64,000 bases of DNA from the NCBI RefSeq assembly GCF_009914755.1, contig NC_060929.1. One strand, given 5' to 3'. Within the stretch, counting starts at the first letter, position 1; every line of letters begins with the position of its first letter. The DNA is from the human T2T-CHM13v2.0 reference genome, Homo sapiens. Both the position numbers and the translations under genes were made by a program. Below are positions 12,816 to 26,483 of the stretch, piece by piece. Under the pieces are notes generated by a model. It did not search any database, was not told where the DNA came from, and saw nothing but the letters and a program-made list of their open reading frames with translations.

Positions 12816-15800
12816 TTTATAAAGTACATGAATTGGATGGCGTCAGGTTACATCATCTGAATACAATGGAAAAATCATCATCTTAAGCAATAGGATATCA
12901 GGAAGGTATGAATATAAAATTGTTTGGTCACAGAAGTCTCCGTCCCAGGGCTAAATTCTTTATATAGTTTGTGATTCAACAGTAAACTCAAAGAAAGAGA
13001 AACAAACAAGAACATCATTTCTGGTACTTATAAGTATTTTTCTGTGTATCTTTTATTAGTAATTTTGAAGATGTCTTTTCCTATTTCTCTCACTGACAAA
13101 CTCTGGAAAGATTACAATCTAGTGTGGGAGAACAAAGGAGGACACGTAGTTCTAGAAAAATACATAAAAGGAAACCAATTAAAATTGAATACTAGACATT
13201 TAACATGAGGTATTTTGCCACTTTGTGGCAGAAAATTTCTCTGTGGACTGACTTTTGAAGCATCTCCCTGTTTTCTAACAGATTCTCCATTTCTCTTCAA
13301 AAATTGCATCACTCAAACAACGAACGCCTTTTAATCTATGATACATCACAATTTTGCATGATAAAATATGCTAATTATGTGCTTTTCTATTCAAGAGAAA
13401 CTGTCTACCACTGCCCACGACCCCAAATTACAGAAATGAAACCATCTCTTTTTAAATAGTAATTTATGCTTCTGTTATATTTACTGGAAATATTAACCAT
13501 GTGTAATAAGCATAGGTATCTCGTTTGTATCCAAATAATGTATTTGATCTGAATTTTCAAGGACTTTGAGTATATATTATTATAAACAACATAACTATCA
13601 CTGAGCTCATCTTATATTTTCTGCCTTAAAGACCCCTTACTGTATGTGTCATTTATTTCAGATAGTCATGATTCCATCAGTAACATACATAGGACCTAAA
13701 TTTATGTTTGGGTCTTCCTTTTAGTCTCACACAAATCTATTGTCATGGCATGCCTAAACTTTAGTGGTTATATGTTTTCCAATAATTAGTTCTTACTAGC
13801 ATTGACATCATTCCCATTTCATCTCAAATCAAAGATGCACAAAGGATGACTAAAATAGTCACACAATTTTTTCTTCTTTGTCTTCCAATCATCTCCTAGA
13901 CATATCATCTATTATTCTTTCTTATTGACATTAAATGTTTCACAAACATTCTCAACAGTTTTTAATAGCTGTTGAGCAAAAAGTGCTCAACTTTTCATTC
14001 ATTAATTTCTTAAAGAGTAATTGATAACAGTCAGTCTGGTTTTAAAATCCCAGGTCCTCACTGGCCATATCTTCTACCTTCAGCCTTAGTCCACTTCTTT
14101 CTCCCTTCCTGGAGTTTCCATGCTTTTCTGTGTAAAAATTCCTCTAACATCCCACAGACTATTCAAGGGCAATTTTAGACACAATTAAATCTTTTTTCTT
14201 CAATGTAGAGGTATTAGTTTCAGTATCAAATATGTGATATTTATACACTGCTTGTGTAACACAAAATCCTTCTTACACTAGCATTATATTTCCTTCAGTT
14301 GGTTCAAATTTCCTAGTTCCTTTTATTATTTTTAGCTGAATTTTTATTCTGCATCTAGAACAAAAAATAGTAAAATTAAGTTTGATTAATGTATTTTTAT
14401 CAAAGTTCTGTTTGCACAATTTTACATTGATAAAATTTGAAATTTATCTCAAACTGAAATGATGCTGCAGAATAGTAGTTCAAAAGTAAATCAAGAGTTC
14501 AGCAAATCAGTAATATGAAAATCCGAATTACTAAATTCATACAAAATAAAATTGATTGGCAACCTTGTAAGAACTATGTTACTGGATGATATGAAATAAT
14601 ATATGATTCTTGGTTTCAAGTTGCATTAAATATAAGGAGTAAAATAACAAAAAACTGCAAAATTAAGATTTAAATATCTTTAGAAAAGATAGTTTTTACC
14701 ATATCACACTTTTGTTGAAAGGTAAATTAGAAAACTGAAATGATCAAGGTTTTAGAAAGAAAACACAGGAAGAGAAGATATACCTCACAATAATGAGTAC
14801 CACAATTTTTATTATATTTATTCTTGTATTTATAATTTAGATTCTCTGATTTTCCTCCACTATCAATATAATATTCACTGTTGTTCTTATGCTTCACAGA
14901 CTCCAAATTTCATTTACAAAGAGTGATTGGTTTGTTTAACATATTGTCTGCAGAAAAAAAACATGCACCAATTCATTTTCTTACTTAATTTCTGTCATTA
15001 TTTTAATGATGTGCCAAATTTCTGTATATTTTAATTTAATTATTTAACAGCGGTTCACTGATTGAAACTATAAACACAATTACAAAGAGTAAAATGTGTG
15101 ACTTAGATCAAGTAACTTACAAATAAATCATTCTGAGTAGTTCCATATATCTCTCACTTAAACTAAGTGGCAAAATGAAATATTTTAGAACTCTCCACAG
15201 GAGAGAGGAGAAAAAGAACGTGAACAAATTGAATAGCAATAGCAGCTTTTCAAATGGAAGAAGAACAGGAAAAATGAGGTTGTTATTTTTGTTTTAATGT
15301 CTATAGATTACCAGAAAATAGTTTCCTCTTAAGCATAAATAGCCAAAAATATCACTTGGTAGAAAGTTATTTTTCTAAGTGTTTGATGTAATTGAAACAT
15401 TTTGTGCTTTCTGCATTAGCTTAAATTGTAGGATTATTTTCATCATAGTTGATGCCTGTCAGGTAAAAACACCATGAAATTATTTTAGTTTAGGTTCATA
15501 AATTTTAATCATTTGAAATCAGATACAAAGACAAATATGCAGTATGATAAAACAAAAATTTAAGACATTAGATATTTGTTCGATTTTTGATAGAGTTGGT
15601 GATAAGGTGTAGCTTCTGTGTTTTATTTAGAAAAAGAATTCTTGTTAATATTTGGTGGAGTTAATGAAAGCACTACAGCTGGTTGGACTATTTGAGACCT
15701 CTATTGGACACAGTGTGTAAGATTACTCTCAGAATCACTAATTTCAGACAAAGGAAAAAAGTTTAAAGAAGTAAGTCAAGATTGACATTTTGGTATCCCA

Positions 15801-16244
15801 AATACTTAGTAATTTAAACTTTAATGCTCTCTATTTTAAACTGTATTATACAAAGAGAATGTTGGCAACTAATCAGTAACAATGCATTTGCATCAACCTA
15901 TACTACTTTTACTTGTAAACCCAATGAAATTTTGGGCCATTAAAGGATATATATGAGGAGCCCATACAGAGATCTCAAGTATTATATTGGCAAATATTAA
16001 TATCAAATAAAAATTTATTGAAATATATAGCATGGTTATGGTTATATTAATTATAAAATATGATGGTTAAACAGCTTTCAAGTCAGGATATTTCATCACA
16101 GTCAGAAAAAAAACTTGAATTCATGTTTAGAATTTGAGAATTCAATTACATTTCTACCAAACCATATGGGATAGATGACCTACATCCCTTGAGTATTTTC
16201 CTGGTTCTTCTCATGCATACTTACCTGAAAATAACTTAAAATTG

Positions 16245-16880
16245 TAAAAGATTATTAAACACTGGAAATGTTATGCACTGTCTAGGTTCTGCAGGCATAA
16301 TGGTTGATAAGTCAAATATGCTGTCAGCCTCATTGAATCTATAGTCTTGTATAAAAGTGGTGCTATGAAATTGTATATCATATTCTTAAGCTAGATAAGA
16401 GTATGAGGGAAAAAAGGCAATGAGATGGGCACAATTAGAAAATAAAGAAAGTGTTCTCTGAAAAAGGGGCCTCAATGCTCAGGCTTGAAGTCAGTGAATA
16501 AACTGACTAAATGAAAACATAGGGTGACGAACACCTCCAATAAAACAAATAGTAAAGGGAAAAAAAGCCATGAAAATCAAACAAGCAAAACAAAACCCCC
16601 TGATTTCCAGTAAAAGTGGTGCCGGAAGGCATTTCAAAGTTACCGGATCAGGAAAAAAAAAATGGGGTTAGATGTAAAAATGGAGAATTGTGGACACTGG
16701 GATTCTGACTGAAGCCATGGAAACGGCAGACATTTTTAAGGGAGAATAATGCCAAGATTCCAGATCTGGGAAAATCTTATGTTAAAGCATCCTGTAAAGG
16801 AGATAAGGCATTCATAAGAGACAGATAGAAACATCTACAGGATTTGGAAGAAGTCCAAGAAAATGTTATTAAGGCCAAAT
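16245..16880 (-). mobile_element. L2 remnant
   Basis: 'tgttatgcactgtctaggttctgcagg...cagcctcattgaatctatagtct' typical antisense L2 3' end, followed by degraded purine-rich sequence. Confidence 0.5.
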
Positions 16881-18795
16881 AAACAGGTATATCCACATTA
16901 AAAATTAATGAGATCTTAATATAAAGACCAAATAATAATACCTTTTGCAATGAACTTACGAAGAAACCTATTTATCTTCCAAATAAAATTCTAGACAGAA
17001 ATGCACAAACATAATTAAAAAATTAATCCCTGGATACTGAGAATGAGGGTGATGTTTTTCTTCTTTTCAGTTTTCCATATTTAATGTTTATATATCAATT
17101 ATGTGATAAATCTGGAATTATTTCTTCCATAACTGTTTAGATATGATCTTTTTTTACTTTTCCCTGTATAGAAGAGGTATTTTAACAGTATCTACTAAAG
17201 TAAAGCCAATGAAAATGATTAGTGTTTTCAAGCAGTTACCAAGGAATTGCTCATTTTAAACAAGTTCTAGGCAAATAAGTGAAGATAAAAAATGAAATCA
17301 GCATATTTGAATATTCATAAATGTTTATTAAATGAGAACAACAAAAAGGGAATTTTTTTAAAGAAAAAGTAAAATATTTTTATATTAAGGAAAAGACAAA
17401 GTATGCAAAATACAAAAGAACTGTTTTTTAAAAGAGGAATTTTTAGATATACAATCCTTATAAATCCAACTACATTATTAAAATTACCAAAAATAAGCAT
17501 AGAAAATAAAGGTATTATTGACCCTTAATATTATAAAATTACAGAAGGATACTAAACATATGTTGATTTCTCAAGAACACACATTATTTTTATAGTAGGT
17601 TAGAAGTTGCAATCTAATTTCAATTAGAAATGTTTTCATAAATATTTATCAAGATGGGTAATGTTTCTAACTGTCATTCAATGTCAAAAGTTTGGATCTA
17701 TGTCATAAGGTAGTACCTTTTCATTTTATTTTATACATTGGAACTATGAAACAAAATTTAGTAGAAAGCAGACTAGCTTGAACCATAATTAAAAGGTTTT
17801 ATTAAAATACCAAAGGAGTCATCTTAAAAAGAAGCCTTTGTTATAATGCAATTTCATACTTTGATTGCAATTCTAATGCACAGTATATTTTATAAACCAA
17901 TAAATATGTGAAAAAATAATCAAAGAAATTAAAGAACACCTCTAAATTAAAAAGCATTCAATAAGTTTCTGACTGAAGTTTTTTTTATATATTGGGGAAA
18001 CTTTCCTTCTTGATAATGGAATAGATATTGAACAAAGTTTCAGCATTGTTTTTACATATTGCTCATTTAATAAAAAGTGCAATGATAAGATGCCAAAAAG
18101 CAGAAAGCTATTACTAAGCCCTTTGGATATTTATGGCGTTTAGTGAAAATATTGATAGAATGTTCACCAGACACTAGGTTCTTGGCACTCTAAAGCAAAA
18201 ATCACTGTTTGCTTCTTTATAGGTTGACTGGTAAAAAATATATCGCGTTGCAATTTACAAGTTTTCCAAATGAGTTTTAAGAAACATAATGAGTACAGAA
18301 TTTTCAGAATGTGCCTTATTTCCACTCACCAAAATATTGTAATTTTATTTTCTATATTGATAAACACATGGGCTACATATTAGAAACTCCTTAATCAAAG
18401 TGACATATGTGCTTAGTTTGGAATCTAATTTTAGCTAATTAAAAGGCATGCATGCGAACTGGATTGTTTCTCACACGACAAAAGCAACAGATGTGCTTAG
18501 AAACAAGAGAATCATTAACAAACTGAAATGATAGGGAGATGAGCACTGTCATGGTGACATAAAAGTTCAGATTGAGCTGATTCTCATTAACTGTAGGCTG
18601 GCAGAACCTGGAGAAGTCTAGGTAGACAACACCAAAAAACGCACGAATATAATATTGGCAAATAGTGTTCTTAATAAAAATTCAGCTAAGACACTGCAAA
18701 GCTGTCTACTACTCAGGAACCACTAAAGCAATTAGATATATAAAACTTTGAATGTTATTAAGGTTACAGTAGTTAGACATGCAGACATAAGCAGG

Positions 18796-19151
18796 TGATA
18801 TGGTCTGGCTGTGTCCCCACGCAAATCTTATCTTGAATTGTAATAATCTCCATGTGACAAGGGTTGGGCCAGGTGGAGACAACTGAATCTTAGGGGCAGT
18901 TTTCTCCCATACTGTTCTCATGGTATTGAATAAGTCTCAGGAGATCTGATGGTTTTATAAAGAGGAGTTACCCTGCACAAGCGCTCTTGCCTGGTGCCAT
19001 GTAAAACGTGACCTCGCTCCTCATTTGCCTTCAGCCTGATTGTGAGGCCTCCTCAGCCATGTGGAACTGTGAGTCAGTTAAACCTGTTTCTTTTATAAAT
19101 TACCCACTCTGAGGTATGTCTTTATTAGCAGCATGAAAACAGTCTAATACA
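18796..19151 (+). mobile_element. THE1 (THE1C-like) 5' LTR
   Basis: 'tgatatggtctggctgtgtcccc...gcagcatgaaaacagtctaataca' TG...CA termini, 356 bp. Confidence 0.95.
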
Positions 19152-20122
19152 GTAAATTGGTACCACAAAGAGTGTGGTGCTGCTGTAAAGATACTCAAAA
19201 AGATGGGAGCAACTTTGAAACTGGATAACAGGCAGAGTTTGGAAAAGTCTGGAGGTCTCAGAAGAAGATAGGAAGATGTGGGAAAGTTTAGAACTTCCTG
19301 GAGACTTGTTGAATGGCTTTAACCAAAATGTCGATAGTGACGTAGACTATAAAGTCCAGGCTGAGGTGGTCTCACATGGAGATGAGGAACTTGTTTGGTA
19401 CTGGAGTAAAGGTCACTCTTGCTATGCAAAGAGACTGGCAGCATTTTGCCTCTGCCCTAGAGATCTGTGGAACTGTGAACTTGAGAGAGGTGATTTAGGG
19501 TATCTGACTGAAGATGTTTGTAAGTGGAAAAGTGTTCAAGAGGAAGCAGAGCATAGAAGTTTGGAAAATTTGAAGCCTGACAATGCAGTAGAAAAGAAAA
19601 TCCCATTTTCTGGGGAGGAATTTAAGCCAACTACAGAAATTTGCATAAGTAAAAAGGAGCCAAATGCAATGTCTCCAAGACATGTCAGAGGTCTTCACAG
19701 CAGCTCTTCCCATCACAAGCTGGGAGGTGTAGGAGGAAAAAATGGTTTTGTAGGCCAGGCCCAGGGCCTTGCTGCTTTGTGCAGTCTCAGGACTTGGTGT
19801 CCTGTGTCTGAGCAGTGGCTAAAAGGGGCCAATGTGGAGTTCAGGCTGTTACTTCAGAGGGTGTGAGCTCCAAGCCTTGGTGGCTTATGTGTAGCGTTGA
19901 GCCTGTGGGTTTACACAGAAGTCAAGAATTAAGGTTTGGGAATCTCCATCTAGATTTCACAGGATGTAAGGAATGCCTGGATATCCAGGCAAAGGTGTGC
20001 TGCAGGGGAGGAGTCTTCATGGAGAATCTTTGCTAGAGCAGTGAGGAGGGGAAATCTGAGGTTGGGGACCCTAGACAGAGTTCTCAGTGGGGCACTGCCT
20101 AGTGGAGATGTGAGAAGAGGGC
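19152..20122 (+). mobile_element. THE1-int (MaLR internal region), 3'-truncated; contains 196-aa MaLR-type ORF 19276-19866
   Basis: Starts 'gtaaattggtacc'; ORF MWESLELP.DLLNGF.QN.DSD.D.KVQAEVVS.GDEELV is the familiar THE1 internal reading frame. Confidence 0.93.
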
Positions 20123-20325
20123 AACATAGCAAAACCCCATCTCTACAAAAAATACAAAAAAATTAGCAGGGGATGGTTGTGTGCACCTGTAGTCCCAGCT
20201 ACTCAGGAGGCTGAGTTGGGAGGATCACTTGAGGTGGGGAAGCAGAGGTTTCAGTGAGCCAGAATGATGCCACTGTGCTTCAGCCTGGACAATGGAGCAG
20301 GGCTATCTCAAACTTTTTTAAAAAA
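20119..20325 (+). mobile_element. AluJ-like, missing first ~80 nt
   Basis: Begins 'gggcaacatagcaaaacccc'; right arm has AluJ-type 'gggaggatcacttgag'. Confidence 0.9.
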
Positions 20326-20461
20326 GTGATTTAAGTCAAAGTTGGATACATTTTTTATTCACATAAAAATTTATTATCACATAATCAAAGTGGTTGTTTC
20401 TTTCTTATATACAAATGTATCTTAAAAAGTTGATATCACATAAAAATGCAGGACTCTCAAG

Positions 20462-20687
20462 AATGAGTTTTTACTCATGTCTCCAACTCTAATCCATTAC
20501 TACATGTATCATTCTAGTTGGAGATATTAAATACAAATGGCTTCATATAGAAGTATTTTATATATTTGTATATGGTTTCTAATATTCTCTAATGAAAGGA
20601 TAAATAGTTAATTCTAAATTTAGGGCAGGAAATATACAGGATGATCTTGGAGCTTAAAGTTATTCCAGAAAGTAAGAAAGTGCTGGA

Positions 20688-20732
<45 letters not shown>

Positions 20733-21550
20733 GATAGGCTATGTCAAAGGGACATAGGAACCAGCAAAAAGAGATTTCAATGGCCAGAGCTAAAACAATT
20801 TGAATAACAAAATTAAGTAGTACTGTGTTATAATCCACAGAATAAATATTAATGTGCTAATATTGCTATAAATGAATGATTGAATAAGTAAATAAATGAG
20901 GGAAAAGGGACTAATTTCACACAAAGTGTAATTTCAAAGTGTTTATGTAGGTATTCTTTAGGAGTTAGAGTTTCACTCCCTGCTATTTAAGTATAGTCTA
21001 TGTACAGTGCCTTCCTTCCAGATTACAGTATGGAAAAGAGGGAGAAAAAGTATAACTTTGCAGTATAGAAAACAATCAAACATAACCACAACCAGGAAAT
21101 CAAGGTCAACATCAATGGTGATGTCATTGATCGTGTGTTCCCTTCATATGATGTAATGTTAATGGTACTTCTGTGTTCTTTCTTCAAAGAAACTCATAAC
21201 TTCGCACAAATTCTAATTCAGGAATGGTCCACAGAGTTGAGGTAATCAAAGACAAGGAAAGTCTGAAAAAATTTTACAGCCAAGTGTAGCCTAAGGAGAC
21301 ATGATGATTAAATGTAATGTTGTATCTTATATGGTATCCTGCATCAGAAAAAGAACATTAGGTAAAAACTAAAACTATATAGAGTGGACTTTAGTTAATT
21401 ATAATGTATCAATATCAGTTCATTAATTGTGACTATTGTGATATACTAATGTAAGACATTAATAATAGGAGAAACTAGCTGTAGGATATAATGGATGCTA
21501 TTGTAATTTTTCTGTAAATCAGAACTGTTCTACATTAAAAGTTTATTAAA
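20462..21550 (+). mobile_element. L1MC 3' UTR with internal (CA)n at 20690-20730
   Basis: 'ctaaggagacatgatgattaaatgtaatg...tttctgtaaatcagaactgttctacattaaaagtttattaaa' L1MC 3' terminus. Confidence 0.8.
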
Positions 21551-21577
21551 TACATACACATCAAGTGTAGTATAAGG

Positions 21578-22075
21578 TGTGAAATTGACATGAAATATTA
21601 ATGTGCTTTCTTGACATCTGAAGGTAGAAGGGCCTCAAATACCCTAGCCACACATTTTACTGCACATTATGTTCCCACAAATATTTTCCCCTAATCCTTA
21701 TCATGAGGACCAGCTACAGTGCCTGCTTATCCCTGAGTAATGGGCTTCGGTGCCCCAACAGCAGCCCATGGAATTACTTGAAAAAGATAATCATACCCTC
21801 ATCTGGAACCCAGGGGTCACCTGGCTCACCTCAATTTCTTATTAATATACAGCTTGCCTTCCACAGCCCAGCTTGTTCACTCTGCTCCAAAATAAAACCC
21901 CATATTGGCCTGTGTGGCCCATGGTGTCCTCTACTCCTGGGCTGTATGCATATGTGACTAATAAACTGCTGCAAATATTATCCTGCCAGTGTCAGGGTTT
22001 GTATGTTCTGCCATCTCCATAACCCTGAGATGAAAATTATTCCCTCCACAATGAGGTGAAGGGAAGGGACAAATC
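21578..22075 (+). mobile_element. ERVL LTR of the MER54/MER73/MER74 group
   Basis: 'atgtgactaataaactgctg...ccagtgtcagggtttgtatgttctgccatctccataaccct' matches the recalled 3' half of this LTR group. Confidence 0.65.
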
Positions 22076-23168
22076 CAAGTGAAAGTGGCCAAAACTTTAG
22101 AACCTGAACTATCTCACTACATCTATTTTGTAACTGTTTTCAATTTCTTAACTACCCAAAATATGCCTCTCTACTAATCTTCCCCTTTTTCTTACTACTA
22201 CTTGGTTTCTAAATACAACTCCTAATTTCTGGCTGTATTTATTAGACATTGTTTTTTCTCCATTTAGAAAATCTGAATTCCTGAGGAATTTATGGATGCT
22301 GGGTAATGGCTCCACCACCACATGTAATCACCCTGAGATGTTCTTTGTTACAGCTTCTCTTCAAGAACATTGCTTCGATTTGCCTTTTGAAAACTTGTGG
22401 TTATGGCTTAGATACATCTGGTGAAAACACAAATACTTCATAATACTGTATCTCAAAAGTATGTATGACATGGTAAAAATTACAAATATTAATGGTTTTG
22501 CAGTAAAACCTACCATTTTATGTGCATTATGTTGATTTAGATGTATTTTTAAAAAGAAAAGATTTGTTTAGGGAGTACTTATCTGCCAGTCTCCAGCCAC
22601 TAATACATGTTATCTGTGAGATTAAATATATGAGGAGTTGAGGAGCTTAAAGCTTTGAAATAGTGACTGATTAAAATAGAATAAATAAAATAGGTTTGCT
22701 AAATAATAGAGGCTCATCTGAGATGGATCAGAACTCTCTTTTTGAATTACTATTTACTCTTCTCTAAAACTATCTAGATTTTATCTTTATTTTCAGGACA
22801 CATTTTCAGTCATTACTGTATCATAAAATAACGAGGTCATATTTTTTCCATCTTCTATTCAATTAATTCAAATAACACTATTAGTCAGAATTTTTTAAAA
22901 AACTGATATTTTCTACCCTATATCAGAAGCTCTGGTAGATTAAGGATTATTTCATAAACTTTTTTTTAACATTTTTGGCTCCACCCAGGACATCAGTTTA
23001 TTGACTTCTCTATCTGCTTCACTGTCCCTAACATTTCTTCCCTCTTCACTCCCAGCTTTGACTCTGCATTCTTTCATTGCAATCATGTCTTCACAATTAC
23101 CTTCAGCATCATTGTCTCTCTTTCTATGACACTTAACTGGAAAAAATCTCAACTCAGACTAAGGTAAA

Positions 23169-23534
23169 TTATATGGTTTGGCTCTATCTCCACCCAAATG
23201 TCATCATGAATTGTAGCTTCCATAATTCCCACGTGTTGAGAGAAGGACCCAGTGGGAGGTAATTGAATCATGGGGGCAGGTCTTTCCCACTCTGTTTTAT
23301 GATAGTGAGTAAGTCTCACAAGATCTGATGGTTTTATAAAGGTGAGCTCCCCTGCACACGCTCTCTTGCCTGCCACCATGTAATATGTGACTTTGCTTCT
23401 CATTTTCCTTGCACCATGATTGTGAGGCCTCCTCATCCATGTGGAACTGTGAGTCAATTAAACCTCTTTCCTTTATAAATTACCCACTCTCTGGTATGTC
23501 TTTATTAGTAGCATGAGAAAAAAAAACTAATGCA
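23169..23534 (+). mobile_element. THE1 solo LTR
   Basis: Complete 366-bp LTR with 5-bp TSD GTAAA on both sides. Confidence 0.95.
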
Positions 23535-23703
23535 GTAAATATAATAAAACACATGTGCAGGCATGTGCACATGAGCACACATGCACACATGCAAACACCC
23601 TTACCACTGCTGCGTTAAATTTAGGATCATGAAAATCAAGTGAAATTTTAATGATGACAAAAATTCTTCTACATTTTCCTAGAATCCCAGTGGTTCCCAA
23701 CTT

Positions 23704-24060
23704 TATCAGTCAGAATAATCTAGATAATGCTGTGTTAACAAGCAACCCCTAAACTTTAGTGTAAGGATACAAAACAAAAACAAAAGTAAAAACAATGGCT
23801 TATCATAGTTCTTACCACTCAAAATCTGTAGCAATACTGGGAAACTTTCTTGGACAGCTATCATGTAAGTGTGACTAGCATTCACCCTTACAACATCTTA
23901 TAATTCCATGATGCTGGGTCAGGAAAGGAGTTCTCTGGGACATGAATTCTTCATCAATTGATTGCCTGAGATAGATCTCCCAGATAAGTGAAACACATTC
24001 AAATGGAAAAATTGAGTCAAATAATGACATCCAACCTCAAAGTAGAAGAAAATTGAAGTC
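23704..24060 (-). mobile_element. Old MLT1-type MaLR LTR remnant
   Basis: 'tatcagtcagaataatctagataatgctgtgttaacaagcaacccctaaa' resembles an MLT1 terminus. Confidence 0.5.
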
Positions 24061-24071
24061 ACTGCCAAATA

Positions 24072-24245
24072 CAAGTGTCACATTTCACAAATACAGGATG
24101 CCCAATTAAATTCAAATTTTAGGTACAAAATGAATAATTGTAATAGAATCATACACCATGCAATATTTAGAAAAATATTTTTACTAAAATACTGATCACT
24201 GTCTATAATGTAATTGAGTGTCCTGTGTACTATCTGGAAACCCTA
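24072..24245. mobile_element. MER53 palindromic MITE
   Basis: 'aaatacaggatgcccaattaaattcaaattt...catgcaatattt...gtcctgtgtactatctggaaacccta'. Confidence 0.75.
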
Positions 24246-26281
24246 TACTCAAATATGCAGAGAATTGAAAATATTGTTGAACAGTACTATGTATACTACT
24301 GCAAAATTGTCATATCATTGCTCATTTTTAAAAAGTTACAGTATTCATGCTCTTTTGAAGCCCCAGTTGAACCAGCTCAGGGAATTTTATTGCGTGACTG
24401 CATACCAATTAGTTATCTATGTAATGAATGATGGACATTTTTAAGATACCTATAATGTTGTTAATGCAGATAATGAATCTCAATGTGGCTAAGTTTAATA
24501 AGTAATTGACTATCTTCTACATAATCAAAATAATGATGTGCATAAAATTTCTGATTCTGAATGTCTATAATTTCTTTTTAAAATTTCATTCTAAACTGAT
24601 AACCACTGGGCTAAACAGATCTTCAAATATGTTCTTCTATATACTCCTAAGTTTACTAATGTAGCTTGAAATGATACAGAAAATCATCTGTAGAAAGAGA
24701 ATAAAGAGGAAATTCTCCTTTTGAATCATTAGTTTTTCTGTCTTCTTATCAGAGTTAATTCTTTAAGTATGGGAAATATCATTCTCAGCTTCAATTGTCT
24801 GTTTTTTTTTCTTTTGTTCTTTTTTTTTTTTTGCCAAGATTAAATAAGCACTTTAGGAGTCCATTGACAGAGTTTAACCAGCATGAGTGACTCCAGGGAT
24901 TACTGTGTGTCCTCCATTGTAGCTCCAAAGAACATAGCTCAGTATTCTGTGTATAATACAAACACCTTAATTGCTTGATGAAAAAATGACGAAAGGTAAA
25001 ATATACCTACATAATTTTTATTCATCAATGCCTTCCTTAGAGAGCCAATTCTGTAACTTGGCCTTTTATTGAATGAAATGACTTCCAGAAAATTTATTTG
25101 CATTCAAATGTGATGCTTGAAATGGAAAAAAAAATACTTTCATACCTGATTCAGTCATCTATATTTAGTATGTCTAATAAAAAATCTGGATGACCTATCT
25201 TCCTTTCAAAACTTCAACATTCCACTGTTTTGATCACGTTACTGAAAGAAGACAGCAAAACAAATACTTGAAAAACTCTATTTTAAACACTGTGCTTCTG
25301 TGACGGCAGGATATACAAATATGCAGCAAAGTAATACCTTTGAGTCAAATCAGGCCCACACTTTATTGTCACAAAAAAACCAATATCCTGCCATCTGCAT
25401 GAGTAGGTGTTGCAAAATATTTGAATTATCCAACTTCTGACATTCTGAATTCATATACAATTCAGTTTCACATAAATTTGTTACATGGAAACAAATATGT
25501 CTAAAGAAAACGAGTTGCTATCTCATGGCACTGAGTACATTTGAGTATAAATCTGAGAAGACATTATCATGGAGTAGTGAGTTATCATGAAAAAAATAAC
25601 AGATAACAAAATTAGCATTCACAATAATATTATTTAACTCTAAACAATCCCTTTCAATCCAAATGTTTTGAGGGATTTATAAGACATTTGAAATTTTATC
25701 ACTAATAATGATTACTTTCAAGCACAAAGACACACAAAATCTTTCTTGGATACTTTTATGATTCCTACATAGTGCTAAAAGAGGAAGAATCTGTCATTTA
25801 TCTTCTCCAAGGTATATCAGCAAGGCCATATTAAAAATAGAGAAGATATATAACAGAAATTGCTTAAAAATGAATGTTTATCTCAGGATTTCTATTTCTT
25901 TTTATGTTGTTAGGAATCAAAATCTATCGTGCACATCATATTATTGCCCACAGTAATCTAAATATCCAAGTTAACTCTCCAACGGGTTGTAAGATGAATA
26001 ATTGAAATCAAAATCAGTATCTGTTTGATTACAAAATCTATCCTTTTTTCCACCCACCAAAACTCCTATTAGTAAAATTCAGTGTAGTCACATTCCTAGA
26101 AATTATTTTTTTAATCAATAAAAGGCATGCACACGTACACACATTGTGTATGTGTAATTGATGCATGCAGGTGAATGTTTATTTTCAAAATTTGTGGATT
26201 TAAATTAACATAGTCAGAATTAAGTTAATCCCTTACTGTCTTTTTACATGGAATTCTCATTCTGTAGATCTAAAAGTATTC

Positions 26282-26483
26282 TTTTCTTTTCTTTTTTTTT
26301 TTTTTTCGTGCAGTGGGTACATCTGCAGAATTGTTACATGGGTAAATTGTCTGTCATGGAGGTTTGGTGTATGGATTATTTTGTCACCCAGGTAATAAGC
26401 ATAGTACCTGATAGGTAGTTTTTTCATGCTCACCCTCCTCCCAGCCTTTCCCTTCAAGTAGGCTCCACTTTCTATTGTTGCCT
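26282..26483 (-). mobile_element. Short (~200 bp) older L1PA 3' end
   Basis: T tail plus 'gggtacatctgcagaattgttacatgggtaaa'; 15-bp TSD gatctaaaagtattc / gatctgaaggtattc. Confidence 0.9.

Noticed and set aside
18796-23534. The two THE1 LTRs as ends of one provirus
   Set aside because: They differ in sequence, the second has its own GTAAA TSD, and older elements lie between them.
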